Source of the DNA: Paramecium tetraurelia
Lineage: Eukaryota
DNA length: 64,000 nt
Assembly: GCA_000165425.1 (NCBI GenBank)
Contig: CT868018.1
Coordinates: 75,204-139,203, forward strand
Direction: 5' to 3'
Shown: one piece after another, positions 1 through 16,104 of the stretch
Numbering within the stretch: the stretch's first letter is position 1
How the letters are laid out: each line of letters begins with the position of its first letter
Notes under the pieces: model-generated
Databases searched by the model: none
Seen by the model: the letters and a program-made list of their open reading frames with translations, nothing else
What the model was told of the DNA's origin: nothing
Made by a program: the position numbers and the translations under genes

Positions 1-2453
1 AAATTGTAGTTTTTTAGCATTATACTAACACCTTCTCTATCTGCAATCCGACTGATAAAAAAGTTGAGACTCACGAATCAAGATTGTAGAGAATGACTTG
101 CTTAGATATCAATAAGGATAACACATTGATTGCCATAGGAGGTTATTAAGGTGAAATTCATATATTTTAAGTGAATTCAATAGATTCATTTTTTGGTTTA
201 GAAGGTCATAAAGATTATGTATCACAATTATAGTTTTCAAGAGATGGAAAAAAATTGGTTACTTGTTCTTGGGATAGAACTATAAGATTGTGGAATACAC
301 AATAGTAATCATAGATCAGCCAAACTTCATTTTATTTGAAGCCAAAAGTTCTCTCTTTAAGTTAAATAAGTGATACATCATTAGCATTGACAGGATTTTC
401 TGATGGTTTAATTTAAATGTGGGACTTGGAAAGTTCTGATTCTAAATTGGATTAAGAAAAGGGACATAGTTTGAAAATAACCTGTGCCATATTTTCACCA
501 GATGGCAAATTCATCATCTCTGGATCGTTTGACAAAACAATCAAAGTTTGGAATATTTAGACTGGCCAATAAGATCAAAATCTAGTTAAACATACATAGG
601 CCATTACTGCTTTATCTATATCGAACGATTCACAATTATTATGTTCAGGTAGCTTAGATGGATACATATACCTTTGGGATTTCTAAAAATTCAAGTTCTT
701 ATAGGAGATTAAACATTATGGATCTGAAATTCTAGACATAAAAATTATTCTGTTTAATAATGAATATAGAATCTTGAGTCAAACTAATGAAGAGACTGCT
801 CAATTATGGTTTAATAATGATTACCAAGAGTATTATTTACTTTATGATTACGATGAATAATAGAAGGAGAAAAGAAAGATGCTTGGATATGAATGTAAGG
901 AAATACTGAATCTGTCTAAGGGTCTATAAGTGGATGTGGGAAGGAGTTACAATATACTATATTATTTTTTGAGAGATTAGAAGATAAGTGCATTAGAATC
1001 TAGTTTTGATAACTAGAACAAGTTGATTGGAACTGACAAGGGAATCCTCTTGATTATTCAATGGAATGGGTAATCTTAGTAGAGGATTGTTTCTTAGAAT
1101 AAACCATTAGAAATCATCAAAACTATTAATCACAAATATTTTCTCACCATCACTGAGTAGAAAATACAGATATGGAAATTTTCGGATTACCTAATCAGAG
1201 ATACAGTAATAAGTGGGGATTGGAAAATCGTTGATCTTTTTGTTTGCAATGATAATATCTATTGTGGAGGTAACATCATTGAGATTTGGAATGTCCATCA
1301 GAAGACTAAATTGATAAAGAAAATTACTCCGACTGATTCCTTATCAGCTATTGGATACGATCAGAATAAAAATATTGTATATGCTGGACTAAATAATGGG
1401 TCAGTAATAATTTTCGATGTTTCCTACAATAATCAATCGGTATTCAGTGCTCATGATGGATAAGTCAAAAAGATTCAGTGGTTGAATTCTAAGAATATGT
1501 TATTTACTGGAGGGGATGATTGGAAACTTAAATTATGGGATTCATAGAACAATCTATTGAAAGAAGTGTCTGTTGACAATCCTATCTAATCGTTTTTTGT
1601 GTCCCTAGATGAGACTTATTATATTTTATAGTAACTTAATTCAGTGTCTTTATGGGACTTAGATAATTTAGAACGTGTAGAATACATGGTTAATATTTAG
1701 AAAACTTCCAAGGTTTTAGCAGTTTTTCCAAATTAGTAGGTGTTTTGGACAGAAGATACTCAGGTATCAGTGTTGCCCATCATGAATAAAAAGATTAAAT
1801 TTTCATTACTATAGTCCAACAGATCCCATTTTTCTTCGACCATTGCAACAACTGATAAAATGATATTGACAGCTGACCACAAAGGAAGTATATTCTTTTG
1901 GAATTTTGATGGAGAGAAGATTAAGTAACCCATAGTTTTGGACAAAAATGAATTGAGATCTATGGCTATATCTCAGGATTATACTAAAGTCATTCTAGGA
2001 TTCAAGAATTTACTGAACATAGTCAACTTAAACACAAATGAAGTCATCTACACCAAAGACATCCCTGATACTTGTTTACTGACAGCACGTTTTCTGAGCA
2101 GTACAGAAATGATCGCAGCATCAGAATCAGAGAATTTCCAAACTCTAATATTCAGCATCGCCAATGCAAACCAAAATCCTGTTATAATCAATGAACATGT
2201 TGGGCCCTCCTTTGGAGTGTAGGTTTACATTTAAGGACAGACGACTACTTATTTAACATATGGTAATGATAAATCAATTAGATACTATGTTAAATGTGAC
2301 AAGGAATACTCCTGTAAATATGCTTTTTCATCTACTTAGAGATTTGAATGCCAAGGAGCAGTCATATAGAATAGTGAAATTTCATCCAAGTCGAGAATTG
2401 ATCTGAAGGAATTGTTCAAACAAAAGAAGGCAACCTTCGTTGATAAGAAATGA
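1..2453 (+). CDS. WD40-repeat protein, 5'-truncated by the window edge
   Basis: Code-6 frame from base 3 to TGA 2451-2453. Repeats include LEGHKDYVSQLQFSRDGKKLVTCSWDRTIRLWN and GHSLKITCAIFSPDGKFIISGSFDKTIKVWN. Confidence 0.9.
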
Positions 2454-2714
2454 TACATATTATCCATACATCCTTTAAGGTTATATGATATAATTTATAT
2501 GATACATTTTTTAAATTGATTATTATCTAAAAAACCTTGGTATTTTTAATCTTACAATTAATATCAAGATTATGTAACCGTTGGAGCACAAGTTTACAAT
2601 CGTTGCAAACTAATTAATTAAGATTTATTTGATTTTTGGTTTATAAAATTTGGCTGTATATGATTTTTTAAATTGGCCAAAAATGGCTTAGTTTAATTAG
2701 AATTTTAATTGTAA

Positions 2715-3996
2715 ATGAGTTCAAGGTACCATAAACAGGATTAGAAATTTGACAAGGAGTTCTTGGCCATTGTGGATGCATTTGGAGGCAAGAATTGCAC
2801 AAGTTGGACTTAAGTAGCAAGGAAATTTGAATTGCAAACAGGTGAAAAAGTATAGAAAGCCAATACACTTCGATATCGTTGGGAATAATTAACAGGATAT
2901 TCAGAGAATTTTACAAAAGAATAACAAATCTAATTAATAGAAAGTGATATCAAATCCAGAGGTGTCAAAAGATAAGGCCTAAACGATTTCTATTAATTAA
3001 CAGGAATTAAGTAATTAAATTAAATTGATTTTTAGATTATACAAGGGAAGATTTTGTAGAATATCCTCACAACATATAAAACAGGCAATCCAATCAATCG
3101 ATGAGGTATTTGCAAAGGAAAGGAAACACAGGAGATGTGGAAAAAAGGATGCAGAATTCAGATTAAAATTATCACATTTGAGCATATATATATTACTCAG
3201 AGCAAAAGACACTTTGAATTCAGAGGGATTCAAACAGAAGAATAAAGGATTGGATCCATTCGAACAATATCTTTGTTAATAATTAATAGAAGCATCAGAG
3301 ATATGTGAAAGACTATACTTAATGCATGCCCGAGTGTTTTAAGCAGACAGAGTGGACAGATATCAATCATACATGAAAGTAATCAACAGAAACTAATACA
3401 GGAAATTGATGTTTTATGTAGAATACTTGGATATCCTCAGGAAAATCAGTGTGGAACAATGTACTAATGATACTATGGTATCTCATCCTTTGGTGCTCAG
3501 AAATATTAAAAAGAACAAGGAAACATTAGTATATAAGAATCTAATCTTGGAGAATGACTGGAGCTAAAAGTATTAATGGTTCAATGAATGTACATTGACA
3601 CAAATCTAAGAAGAAGAGTTTTCCTTATTGCTTAAATCAAGTACTAGAAAATCAAAACCAAAGAGTTCATAGTGTAGTGTTGATCCTTCAGAAGTAGATG
3701 ATAAAAGATAAAGTAAAAGAATCGAACTCAACAATTTACAATTTGATTTCATCCCTAAGCATTGCTAAAAGGTTTATGCCAAAATCAATTCTGGCAAAGC
3801 TAATAACAAGAATGAAAAAGAATACAGAAAATTCAGAGGTCATTTTATCAAACCTGGAGATACTAGAACAGATACCAGATACACCAAGATTTTCACCTGT
3901 GATGATGATTCTGAATATGATGCTGATCAAAATGAGCAAGAGGCTTAGATACAAGCCTCTTCTAGGTAAGAAAAAGTTATAAATATTGTACAATGA
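2715..3996 (+). CDS. Myb/SANT-like DNA-binding protein with acidic C-terminus
   Basis: MSSRYHKQDQKFDKEFLAIVDAFGGKNCTSWTQVARKFELQTGEKVQKANTLRYRWEQL shows Myb-like Trp spacing. A 25-nt intron at 3011-3035 restores the frame to TGA 3994-3996. Confidence 0.65.
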
Positions 3997-4114
3997 AGCC
4001 TTCATATCAGTACCTAATAAGAAGAAATAAAATTAGATTCCCCAGGACACACCTCAGAATAATCCTTGATGAATTTTATCAATATAAACAAATTAAAAAT
4101 AATATAATCAAAAT

Positions 4115-5426
4115 TCATTTATTTTTTCTACTATTTAGAATTTCTTCTCTAATCTTTATTATTCTTTCTTGGGTACTCAATCTTTCCTTCTGTTTACTCT
4201 TGCTCTTACCATTTTCTCTATTGATTTCAATCTTATCTATCATGCTCTAAGCATCTCTAGATATACCTATAAATAAGACCTGTCTAGATTACTTCTATAT
4301 AGAAATTGATTATCCTTCAAACATTGCTCTATTCTTTCATTCACTTATTCCAACTCATTTAGTTTTAATATGATTCTGTATATTTCTTTTTCATTTTGAT
4401 TCTAAATTGAATTGTAATGAGTCTAATTGTTAATTATTCATTTTCACCTTTGCATTCTTTCTTGCTCTTTTGGTTTCTTCCTTCTTGTTTTACAAATAAA
4501 TCTCTTAGAATTTATTTCCAATAATGGCTACAGGAAGTGAAAGTAATAATACTCCAAAAATTAGACTCAAGACTCCAATGAATTTTCCAAGTAAGGATTT
4601 AGGAACGTAGTCTCCGTATCCAACAGTTGTTATTGTTATGATTGCCCACCAGATTGCTTAAGGGATATTTTAAATTTGACTATCATCCACAAACTCTTTT
4701 TCTGCGAAGTACATAAAACTAGATATCAATATCACACCTCAGTAGTTTGAATAAATCAATACATATCATTGTGAAAAATAGGAGTAATGAGAGTGCTTGC
4801 ATGCTTTCTGATAATCCTCTTATTAATATCTATTCTACTTATCAATCACATACCTTGACTCCCAAGGAGAAAGTTGAAAACTTAAATATTCTGATCAGAC
4901 GAAGAACAATGAGCATTCTCAATACCTTTATTCTAGGATCAACCCACACATCAACAATATACAAGATTTGTTCAATTATAGAATATACCAATGCAAGTAT
5001 ATCCACTAAATTAAAAGGTTCTTAATTAGTTACTAATTTACTCTTAAAAAATTCAGCCAAAGTTTCATCAAAAGCATTAGAAGAGGCGACTCTAAAAACA
5101 TATTCCACTAAAAAGTAACCACTCACTCCTGAATTAGCAGTTACCCAAATGTCCATTATTCCTAATTCCTTTTCAGTCTCTAAAATTAGTAAAATAATAT
5201 CAAGTGAGATTATGAAGATCGATAAAATTGATAAGAAAAACGCCTACATTATTCATTCTCTTACTAGCTTATTGCATTCGTAATCATTCAAAATTAAGTA
5301 AATTTTTTATTATATTTACTTCTTTCTCTCCGATGAATACTCCCCAGAAACTGTTTGTCCTATCTAAGCTTATGACTTTGCAGATTTAATAGTTTTATAT
5401 GATTAATCATCCGAGGGCTAATTCAT
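4115..5426 (-). CDS. Voltage-gated K+ channel subunit (6TM, Kv-like)
   Basis: Pore [30 protein letters not shown]4 [18 protein letters not shown]6 [16 protein letters not shown]; several short introns. Confidence 0.93.
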
Positions 5427-5586
5427 TATTTTCTATTTTCCTTGAAAATATTATTAATAATTAATAGTTGCAGAATAAGTAAAATATTACATTGTTAAAC
5501 CAAGAATAATATATTATTTTGTACTTTCGATAGCATAAAAACTCAAAATAGAATAGCCAATTATTTTTGAATTATAAAATATAAAA

Positions 5587-6864
5587 TCATTAAAACAATT
5601 AAACACAGAATTCCCTCAATTAATCATCCTAAATAGATATCCATATATATTTATGTTTTTTTTTCTCTTTTTCAAATTCCAAAATAGCATCCTTCAAAGA
5701 CAATGCAATTCTATTCAGTAAAAAGTTTTGATTTTCCTTCTACTCAAATATTGCTTGTGGTATCGCTAATAATGGAATACAAATAGACTCGACTTTCAAT
5801 TGTTCATTGCATATTTATAAACTATTATTTTACAAATATGATTACATCTTTTAAAAAAAGTATTGCAATTTCTCAGCTCTTGTTTTCCTCTATTACACAG
5901 GACCAATGAATGTTAAAATATATTTGATCTTTTGTTCTTATAGTTTAAAACTCTTTGATAGAACCCACCTATTCCCTTTAGTGATCTATTCTCTGATATC
6001 CTATTCGAGAGCATGTCCTGCCTTTTCTATTATTTTCCCACTAGCTCCAAAATATGGGTTATTTTAATTCACTGGATTTACAAGTACCTCTACATCCTGC
6101 ACATCCGTAATGTATATATTTGTAGCCTTGACATATTCTGAAGATTAGAATGTTTTTTAAAACCCATAGAGTATATCTTCATTATGACAAACTACTATAA
6201 TTTCCAATTAATAGTCCAGTTTTAATTATTCTTAAACATCAATAAATGCTTTTTTATATTAAAAAGCCCAAACCTTGGGTTCAAAATTATCAAAGAATTA
6301 ACACAAAATAGGAATAGCCACTTTCTTGTAATTCAATTGGTATGACTTAATAACTCTAAAATGTAATTTGTAAAAATACATATTTTTTATAGACTATATC
6401 ATTAAATATTCATTGAATTTTTCTGGCTCAATTACAAATAGTAAATTTTTTACTTATTGTTCATTTTATAAGTTATAACTCTTAATGTGATCCACATAAC
6501 TAACATCAAATCTGATATCTGTCATTTCTTCCTCCTTCTCTTCCTATTATTTCATCACTAAGAATTGACTAAAGTCCAAAATCAATTATTTCTCCTTCAC
6601 CTTATTAAATAACACTGGCTATTCATCTAATCCACTCGCCTACCTTCTTTTCGCTTTTTCCTTTTCCTTAAGCTTCTTAAGTGCTTTTTCAAGCTTTTCC
6701 TATCCACATTTCTTAAATATTTCTCCAGAAACTCCAGGCTCTCTTAATAATAATGGGTTTGTTGGAAGTATTATTGCATCAAGATTTTCATACTCAGTAA
6801 TATTCCCTTGTTGAATATTAACACTAATATTGCCAATTTTAGAAAGGGAGGTAGATAATTACAT
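5587..6864 (-). CDS. Protein with two macrodomain-like (ADP-ribose-binding fold) regions
   Basis: N-terminal ISVNIQQGNITEYENLDAIILPTNPLLLREPGVSGEIFKKCG; second region KIYITDVQDVEVLVNPVNQNNPYFGASGKIIEKAG...ESICIPLLA. The span is 426 codons. Confidence 0.7.
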
Positions 6865-7189
6865 GGAAAATAATAATTATTATAATATTAGAAATCTTAC
6901 ATATATAAGTGGATATTAAAATTAATTTGTATACCATATTTCTTTATAAATAATTCAACTATAAATAAATCCTCTTAAATTTCATTTATCAACAAATAAA
7001 TCAATCCAATTCTGAAAAGAAATTGAAAATGCAAATCAAAAATTCAACCAATGGATTTAACTATTTTAGAAAATTATGATAATAAAATTAGACTTGAGAT
7101 AAACAATAGAGAAAGTGCTTAACTATTTATTTTAGGATAAGATTTCTGTATGAAAACTTATTTATTATATTTTAAACATCAAATCAAGT

Positions 7190-8598
7190 TCACTTCTTAG
7201 ATTTCTTTTGCTTTTCATATGCTTCTCTTAACTTCCTATCATTTCTTTGTAGATTTTCTAGAATCTCTTTATTTTTTTAGGCTAAAGGAATATCACCAGC
7301 TTTTAAAGCCTATAAATCTGATCTATTTTTGTGATCGCTTTCTAATGGTTATTTGTCCATTTTAATTTTATGAGGAACAACATATCTGTAGTCCCAGTAT
7401 CTCACATCATCGAAATTGATGAAACCAATATATGTTCCAAAAACTGTGGAAACCTTCTAACCTTTACAGGTAACATCAGCTTAAAAGAAATCAGATGTTC
7501 TTTAATATGAAAGAGACTTTACCTTTTTTTGACTTTGCCAATATCGATAATACATGACAGACCGTTGGCTTTGTCAGTGAAGGTAATTTTGTTGATGGAC
7601 TCCTACCTTAATTACCCAAAGAATGTGCCACTATACAATTCATTGGGGAAATCAAAGTCAATTTTCTATCCATCATTGAATTCAATTGATCTTCTGCCTT
7701 TATTAATAATCTAAAATTAGAACACAGAAATATACAGTAACGGAGTTTAATCCAGCCCTGCCTTCGACTAGATAGTATCCATAATATTTGTATTTTCTAT
7801 TTGGACCAAAGACCAAGAAATAACTGACAGGAGGGTGATGCATGATTTATTCACAATAAACCTGAGTACCATCATTATAATTGGCTTGAAGGGTTTCTCC
7901 TAGGATTGGGTTAAGCTTTGCTAAATGAGTAAAATACAGGTTTTAAAAAGGTATTTGTCCAGAAAAACGAAGACAAGGTGGCTGTGATAACAAGTTTGAA
8001 TCTCTCTAAGAAATCAGGTGTCATTGTGGCTTTGGTAATATACAAGGGGAAAATGGAGGCTAATTGTTAAATAATGAATGGTACTTCCATGAACTGATGT
8101 TTCTAAGGCTGTCTTGGGAATCATGACTCTAATAGGGAAACTCACTTTAGTAAGATTTAAGGATCCTGACAATATTTTCTTCCCAATTTATTTGACCATT
8201 TCCTTTCCCACACTTCTTGCTTTGGTTACTACTTTCTTATCGGCACAAATTCTGCCTCCCTTCTCATATCCTTCTGGATGACGAATGTCTTCATCATTAG
8301 GAAAGCATTTAAAATTGAGCACCAATTATAGGATGTCATCAGCTGGGATGTCATGGTAGCCAACGTATTCTAATTTATCAGGATCTGCGATGCCTTCATT
8401 CTCTTTATCCTATTCTTGAACTTAGGCTATTGGATCAAAGCCTTTAGCCTCCAATTCTTTATCTTCGTTTGTAACCACCTATGTTTCATCCTATAATAAT
8501 TCATAATATATAAATACATCTACAAAATCACTTTCATCTTTTTCTTCTTGCTAAGCTGAATTCGATTCTGGCTTCTTCTTTTTGAACCAACCAAACAT
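7190..8598 (-). CDS. Oxysterol-binding protein (ORD-only)
   Basis: LTKVSFPIRVMIPKTALE, NPILGETLQANY and the EQIMHHPPVS fingerprint; several short introns. Confidence 0.92.
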
Positions 8599-8752
8599 AT
8601 ACTGTATATTTAATATTCAATAAATTTATTATCAATAAATGGTGTTTAATGTCTCAATTCCGAATTCTCTTGCTCCAAATCTTATAAAATTGATAATATG
8701 ATTCTTATAAATAATTATAGTGATAAATCATCAGAATTGAGTTAGTTGAGAT

Positions 8753-10551
8753 TCATAACATGAATCTAAGGATGCCAATGTTTGCAGTATGTTTCTGATG
8801 TATTTCTTGAATGCTTTGTCATCTACAGGGATCTTACTAAAATCTGTTTTCTTAAAAAAGCTGAGCCATTCAAGATTAACATCAATGGGAATTTTCAATA
8901 GATTAGCTCTTTCTTCTAAGATTTGCTCTCTTGAATTGATATTTTCTTAAACTCTCCGTAATCGATCATTGAATTCAGTTAATTTCTACTTGTACTCTAC
9001 TCCAATCTCTTTGCTTATTTGCAGAGCCTCTTAACTAGCCTTCAAGGTACTCTGCGTTGAAGAATTGTATCCTTTCTATTTAAACCCTAAAGACGCAAGA
9101 GTTGATTGAAAAGTGCTAGATTACCTGAATTTAGACCTAGGCATCAAATTAGACTCTTATAAGTACAATGCCATCAACTCAACCTTCTTATCTTCTGAAT
9201 TCTCCTATTTTAGAGAGTTGGCAGAATTTAAAATAATTTCAAACTAATAATTCCCACCACTCTCTAAATTGTCAGTGTCTTCAGACTTCTTGAGTTTAGC
9301 AATCTCAAAGGAATTCTAAGATTTAACCTCTGATACTAACCTTGCAATTTTATGTTGAATTCCCAAACATTCGAACTCCACTTCAAAAAACCATTGAGGA
9401 TATAGTAATCTCAATTCATCTAATTTATCATCAATTTGTTAATAGAAATCTTAATTAACAATTTATTGTTATCCCTCTACAAAAGATTCGATTTTGTTAT
9501 AACCTAATAGAGTCTTCTCATAACTAAAAAACTTCCTATGACCTATCCAATGAACATTGTATTCATTTATATCAACATCTAAAGCAACTATTACGTATTT
9601 CTTTATTAAGTCTCTATCTTCTTCTATTTTTAGATTTCTAAAACTCAATTTTAGTATGTTCTATATTTCTGTTGTTAATGTGATTTAACACCAAAACCGG
9701 ATCATGTAACCTATTAATTTAAAATGGGGATAGAAATTAGACTAGTCTATTTAAATATTAAATTGCTTATCGTACATCAATTGCATTATGTCACATTGTA
9801 GATCATACTAATTTTAAAAAGTGTTCATCAATTTCTAATATTAATGATATAACCTAATGTAGAGTCTGATGTTGTGAGCAAAATCATTTTGTTTGTAATT
9901 TTCCAAATACAATTCCTTATAGAATTGACACAAATGAGCAATGTTATAGAACACTACACAACAACTCTCCAAGAATTAATTTTTAGGAAATAGAGAGTGT
10001 TACTGTTTAAAGAAATCTACAACACACCATTTCAAACAAATAAGAGAATGAAGGTCGTGTTCCTCTAATGTAGAATTGAGGAAATTGTATTATTCCTATT
10101 CTGGAAGTCCTTCAAAATGTTCTCTACTACGTATATACTTTGGTAATGATAATGCCAATTAGAACCATTCTGATGTGAACTAAGATATTGGATCGTTTTG
10201 GAGAATAGCCAAAGGTTCAGAGAATTAGTTTGATTCTTTTAATTGATTGATTTTTGAACAATGACTCCTGGTTTCCTACTATCGAATTTAAGGGTATAGG
10301 ATAAATCCTAGATTCTATTAATGCACCAATTAATTAAAGTGATTCTGACAGAAGGAACATTCCCAAATTGTTTTTCTTATTTCTGTTATCTCCTTTTAAT
10401 CTTATTAAAACAACCATTAGTCTTAATCTTTTTTGATATTTTGCACAGAAACATTTTGCGATTTGTCACCTTTCTACTTATTTGTCTTAATATATTAATC
10501 ATTTGTCTCTTCTGGTTCATCCTCAAAACATTAAGCCCAAAGATTTCCCAT
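8753..10551 (-). CDS. Hypothetical protein, possibly N-acylated (MGNLWAQCF)
   Basis: Long code-6 reading from ATG at 10551 to TGA at 8753; no domain recognised; intron content not resolved. Confidence 0.6.
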
Positions 10552-10821
10552 TAATTAATTAATTCATTGTAGAATAGTATAAATCAAATTTAAAGAATAT
10601 TCAAAATATCATTTTTAATTTGTACTTTCAGGATTCCCAAGCTTTTACACAACAAAATCCATTTCATAACACCTGTAAAAGTATCTTCTACCTTGACATT
10701 ACTTAAATCCATTCATTCGGAATTCAATATAAATTATGAACAGAATATCAACTTGATTTTACTTTACCAATTATCTATATATATAATCTAATATTGCAAT
10801 AAGTTACACATAATAAAAAAA

Positions 10822-12201
<1,380 letters not shown>

Positions 12202-12613
12202 TGCAGAAAGTGAAAATTATATATAAAAATATAATGATAAAATATTAATTAATAAAATCTTGAAAAAATATAATACATTGGTGAACTTGAATTAATTTAG
12301 TCTCATTTTATAAGTATATTTATGGTATTGAATCTCATTCTGAATGAGGTTCTTCGAATAAAGAGAAAATAAATAAGCTTTATAAATAATTTAAACTATT
12401 CATCTAAAATTACTAGTAAATAAGATAATACTAGATGGCATTAATCAATTTTAGAGTTAAATAATTAATCATTAGAACCGTCAGTCTTGCTAATGAGATA
12501 TTCTAATAGATGTGAGAGCTTTAATTTTTATTAATAAAATTGTATGTTCTATATAAATTCTCCAAGAAATTTAGATATTTATTTTCAAAAACGATTTTAT
12601 AAAAATATATTAA

Positions 12614-13225
12614 TCATTTCAAAGACCTATCAAATAGGGACAAAGAATTGTTTTCAAATAAAATCATTTAGTTTGCATTAATATCTATATAGTAATCCTA
12701 GGGCGACTTGTATTTTGATAATAATTTGTTATAAGGGAATATCTAATTCAATTCTTCAATTAATAAAGGAATGTAGTTTATATAGTTTTGCTTGGTTTAA
12801 GGACATTTAATCTTTGGATTTTTCATTACTGAAGGGACAGCATAGCCTTCCAAAAATTCTTACCAAGCTTCTCTTGCTTGTTTTCTATTTTATTATTAAC
12901 CCTGGATTATTAACTGTTGGTTAGAAAACATCTTTTTAAGATCTCCTAATTCAAATTTCTTCTACTATGATTCCTTATCTTTTTTGAGTTCTTTCAAGTA
13001 ATTGACAACTGATTGCAATCTCTTATCAACAGCCCAATGATAGAATTAATTCATAAAAAATGGTACCACTCTTCGTTTCAAGGTGCCTAAATTCGAGGAC
13101 TGTATTCTCTTTTCATTCAATTGCTGAATGAATTTTAGTGTCAAGTCTAAATTTTTCTTATCTATTATTAATGAGACTTTTTAATCATTATTAGATTCTT
13201 AACTTAGATTTATTTCTTGAATCAT
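12614..13225 (-). CDS. Hypothetical protein, 203 aa
   Basis: Uninterrupted code-6 ORF MIQEINLSQ...FDRSLK-TGA, translated end to end. Confidence 0.75.
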
Positions 13226-13563
13226 TAAATGAAAATTAATTTATTTAGATTGCTATTTAAATTTAATTTTAAAATAGAACAAATTTCATCTAAGATATAT
13301 CAGTTACGAACACTTAATTTTTTTCTTGATTCACAATTAACAAGGGAATTATTCAATTCCCTTGTTAATCATAATATTTTGATCAAAAGAGCCCACTAGA
13401 ACAAAATTTAAATTATCTATCCATCACCTATATATATTTTGTGTAACTTTACAATATTGAATATAAATTATTTATCTTTTACTACTACCATTTTCATTCT
13501 CTTATTAATTAATCAAAACCTTTAGCTATCAGATAATACTATTACATAAGAACATACTAATAA

Positions 13564-15559
13564 TCAATTAACAAAATATATCATGCATGCTAATTAGCTT
13601 TTAACATTTTATTTTGTCTAAATCTATCTCAAAAGCTTGTCTTGCTTGTCAGTTCTGCTCTAATTAATACAATTCTTATTTAGAAGTTAAGGACATTAAA
13701 CTTGCAATCTATCAATTATTATTTTGATATAATGAATTATTAAATAAATTATAATTTTTAGTTTTATATATTGTCAATATTGTAGATAATCTGAAAGTGA
13801 GGAATTTTCTTTAAATCGTTCTAAAAGTTAATTTTAATTAGGATATAATTCTTAGGATTTATTAAGGTTGAAAGTAGTTTAATCGAACTAGATAAAGTCT
13901 GGATTTTAAGTTTTGCAATATAAGTAGCATAAAATTACATGAGCAAAAGCAATATTAATTTATTAATTTTTATAATCTAAATAATTCTTTATTTATTAAG
14001 AGAAGCCTTTATTAAATTATTAGTCTTAATCCCTAAACTATGATATTGAATCTTATAAACTTTCCTCTGAGAATTATGCTAGCTGATCTTTGACATCAAA
14101 CAAATAATATTAAATTAATTCATTATAGGATTCCATTTCGCGATTTTATTCTTCAAGTAATTTATAGTCATCTTTATATTGCTTTTGATTTTTATATTAA
14201 TTCATATTCTCCTTAATCAATTTGAGAATACTTTAACATAATTTTTATATTTTAAAACATAGCATATCCATAAAATGAGGATTACAAAGAATTTAAATAA
14301 CCTCTTGCAATGTATTAGAAAAGAAGTACATCTCATTTATCAATTTAGTAATCTTATCTATTTCCAAACTCAATGTATTTTCTGCAATATCATTTCTTAT
14401 TTCTGAAATATCTATAATTTAAACAGATTTCTATGATAATCTGTCCTTCTAAACGATTGATTAGATTGGTTGTTATTATTACATAATTTTAGATTAATTT
14501 TATTCAATTTATCCTGATTATTACTAATAAAATTCTTGATAGTCATCGAATGAAATCGTATTAGCCTGTAATTGAATTTTACTGGTTATACCTAAAGAAT
14601 TAATATTAAAAAGGTACTATGAAAAGTTTTATCGGAAGCAAAAACAGGATGACGCATTAAATCTTTGAAAGTGATTCTGTTGTTAGGATTAAACTAGAGC
14701 ATTTTCTCCAAGAGATTTATAGTCTGGGCAGACACTTCAAATTTATTTTTCTAAAAACTAATGTTTGCTATTATTTAATAAATAATTCTTATACGTTGAC
14801 TATTCGATGTGTAGTCCCTTTATTTGAATGGTAATCTATCAAATAGGATTTAATAAAAGATAACTCCTACGGAAAACATGTCTGATGATAATCCATATTG
14901 ATTTTAATTAAATATTTCTGGGGCCATTGTATATAATGTTCCTAATTATAATATAGATTTTTGATCCTATAATAATTATGATATCTAATACTGCATTTGA
15001 AAAGACTTTCGAAAATCCCAAATCAGCAATTTTGTAAATGGAATTATTATGAACCATAATATTTTGTAATTTAAGATCCCTATGAATGATAAATTTTGAA
15101 TGTAAATCTTTTAGACCTTTTAATATTTGCTTAATAATTCCTATAGCATCGTTTTCAGTCAATTTCATTTTAAGATTGTTTAAGTGTTAATCCAAGTCTC
15201 CAGCTAAAATTAAAATAGTTAATTAAGATTACAATCACAATACTCCATCACTATATAGCAATATTCTTGATCTTAGAACGACTCAATAAATCTAACAACA
15301 TGGTCACTTTTAACCAGCTCTAGAGCTTTAATCTCTGATTATACTAGCTTTCCTACAATTCCATCACTTTCTTAGAATCTTTTTTTCTAAATAAGTTTTA
15401 TGGCTACTATTTCACGAGTCTCAAATTTTAATGCTTTAAAAACCTTAATTGGTAATTCATAATTACTTGTCCAAATTGACCTTTCCCTATAAATGATTAA
15501 ATCTAATATCCCTGAATCATTTGAAAATTTGATAAAAAATATGGGCTAGTTTATTTCAT
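13564..15559 (-). CDS. Ser/Thr protein kinase with long C-terminal tail (3' end approximate)
   Basis: IGKGQFGQ|VFKA, VAIK, IIHRDLKLQN, KIADLGFSK, GTLYTMAPE; three short introns in the kinase domain. Confidence 0.9.
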
Positions 15560-16104
15560 TAATTTCTATTAATTATATTTTAGAAATTCATTATCTCAAA
15601 ATAATTCGGAAGAATTATTAATCTTTAAAACTGAAATGTAGAAATATAAGCATAGAAGTAATAATGGATTATAATCAGAAACCAAATTTATGAGATTTAT
15701 TATTTTTGATTAATGAAGTAAATATATTATCACTACTCTTTTTTGATTTAATCAAAAATTTCTAATTAAATTAGAATTATATTTTTATAATGTAAATTTA
15801 TTAAATAGAAAAATAAAAATCTAGAATTACTTTTAAAATTATGATTGTATCATTTAATTATAATAATGTACAAAGTATTATATATAACCAATATTATGAA
15901 AATTATTAACAATTTCTCTTGTCTTAATCCTCATTTAAGATTTACTTTATGAATTAATCGAATCAAAAAATACAAACATTATGGATTGTAGTTGATTTGA
16001 TTGATTGTAATAATTAGAATTCCAACAAGATCACTAAAGATTAAATAATATTCTTCTAAGGAAATAACAATTATATAAAATATGAATAATTTATGAATTT
16101 TGCA

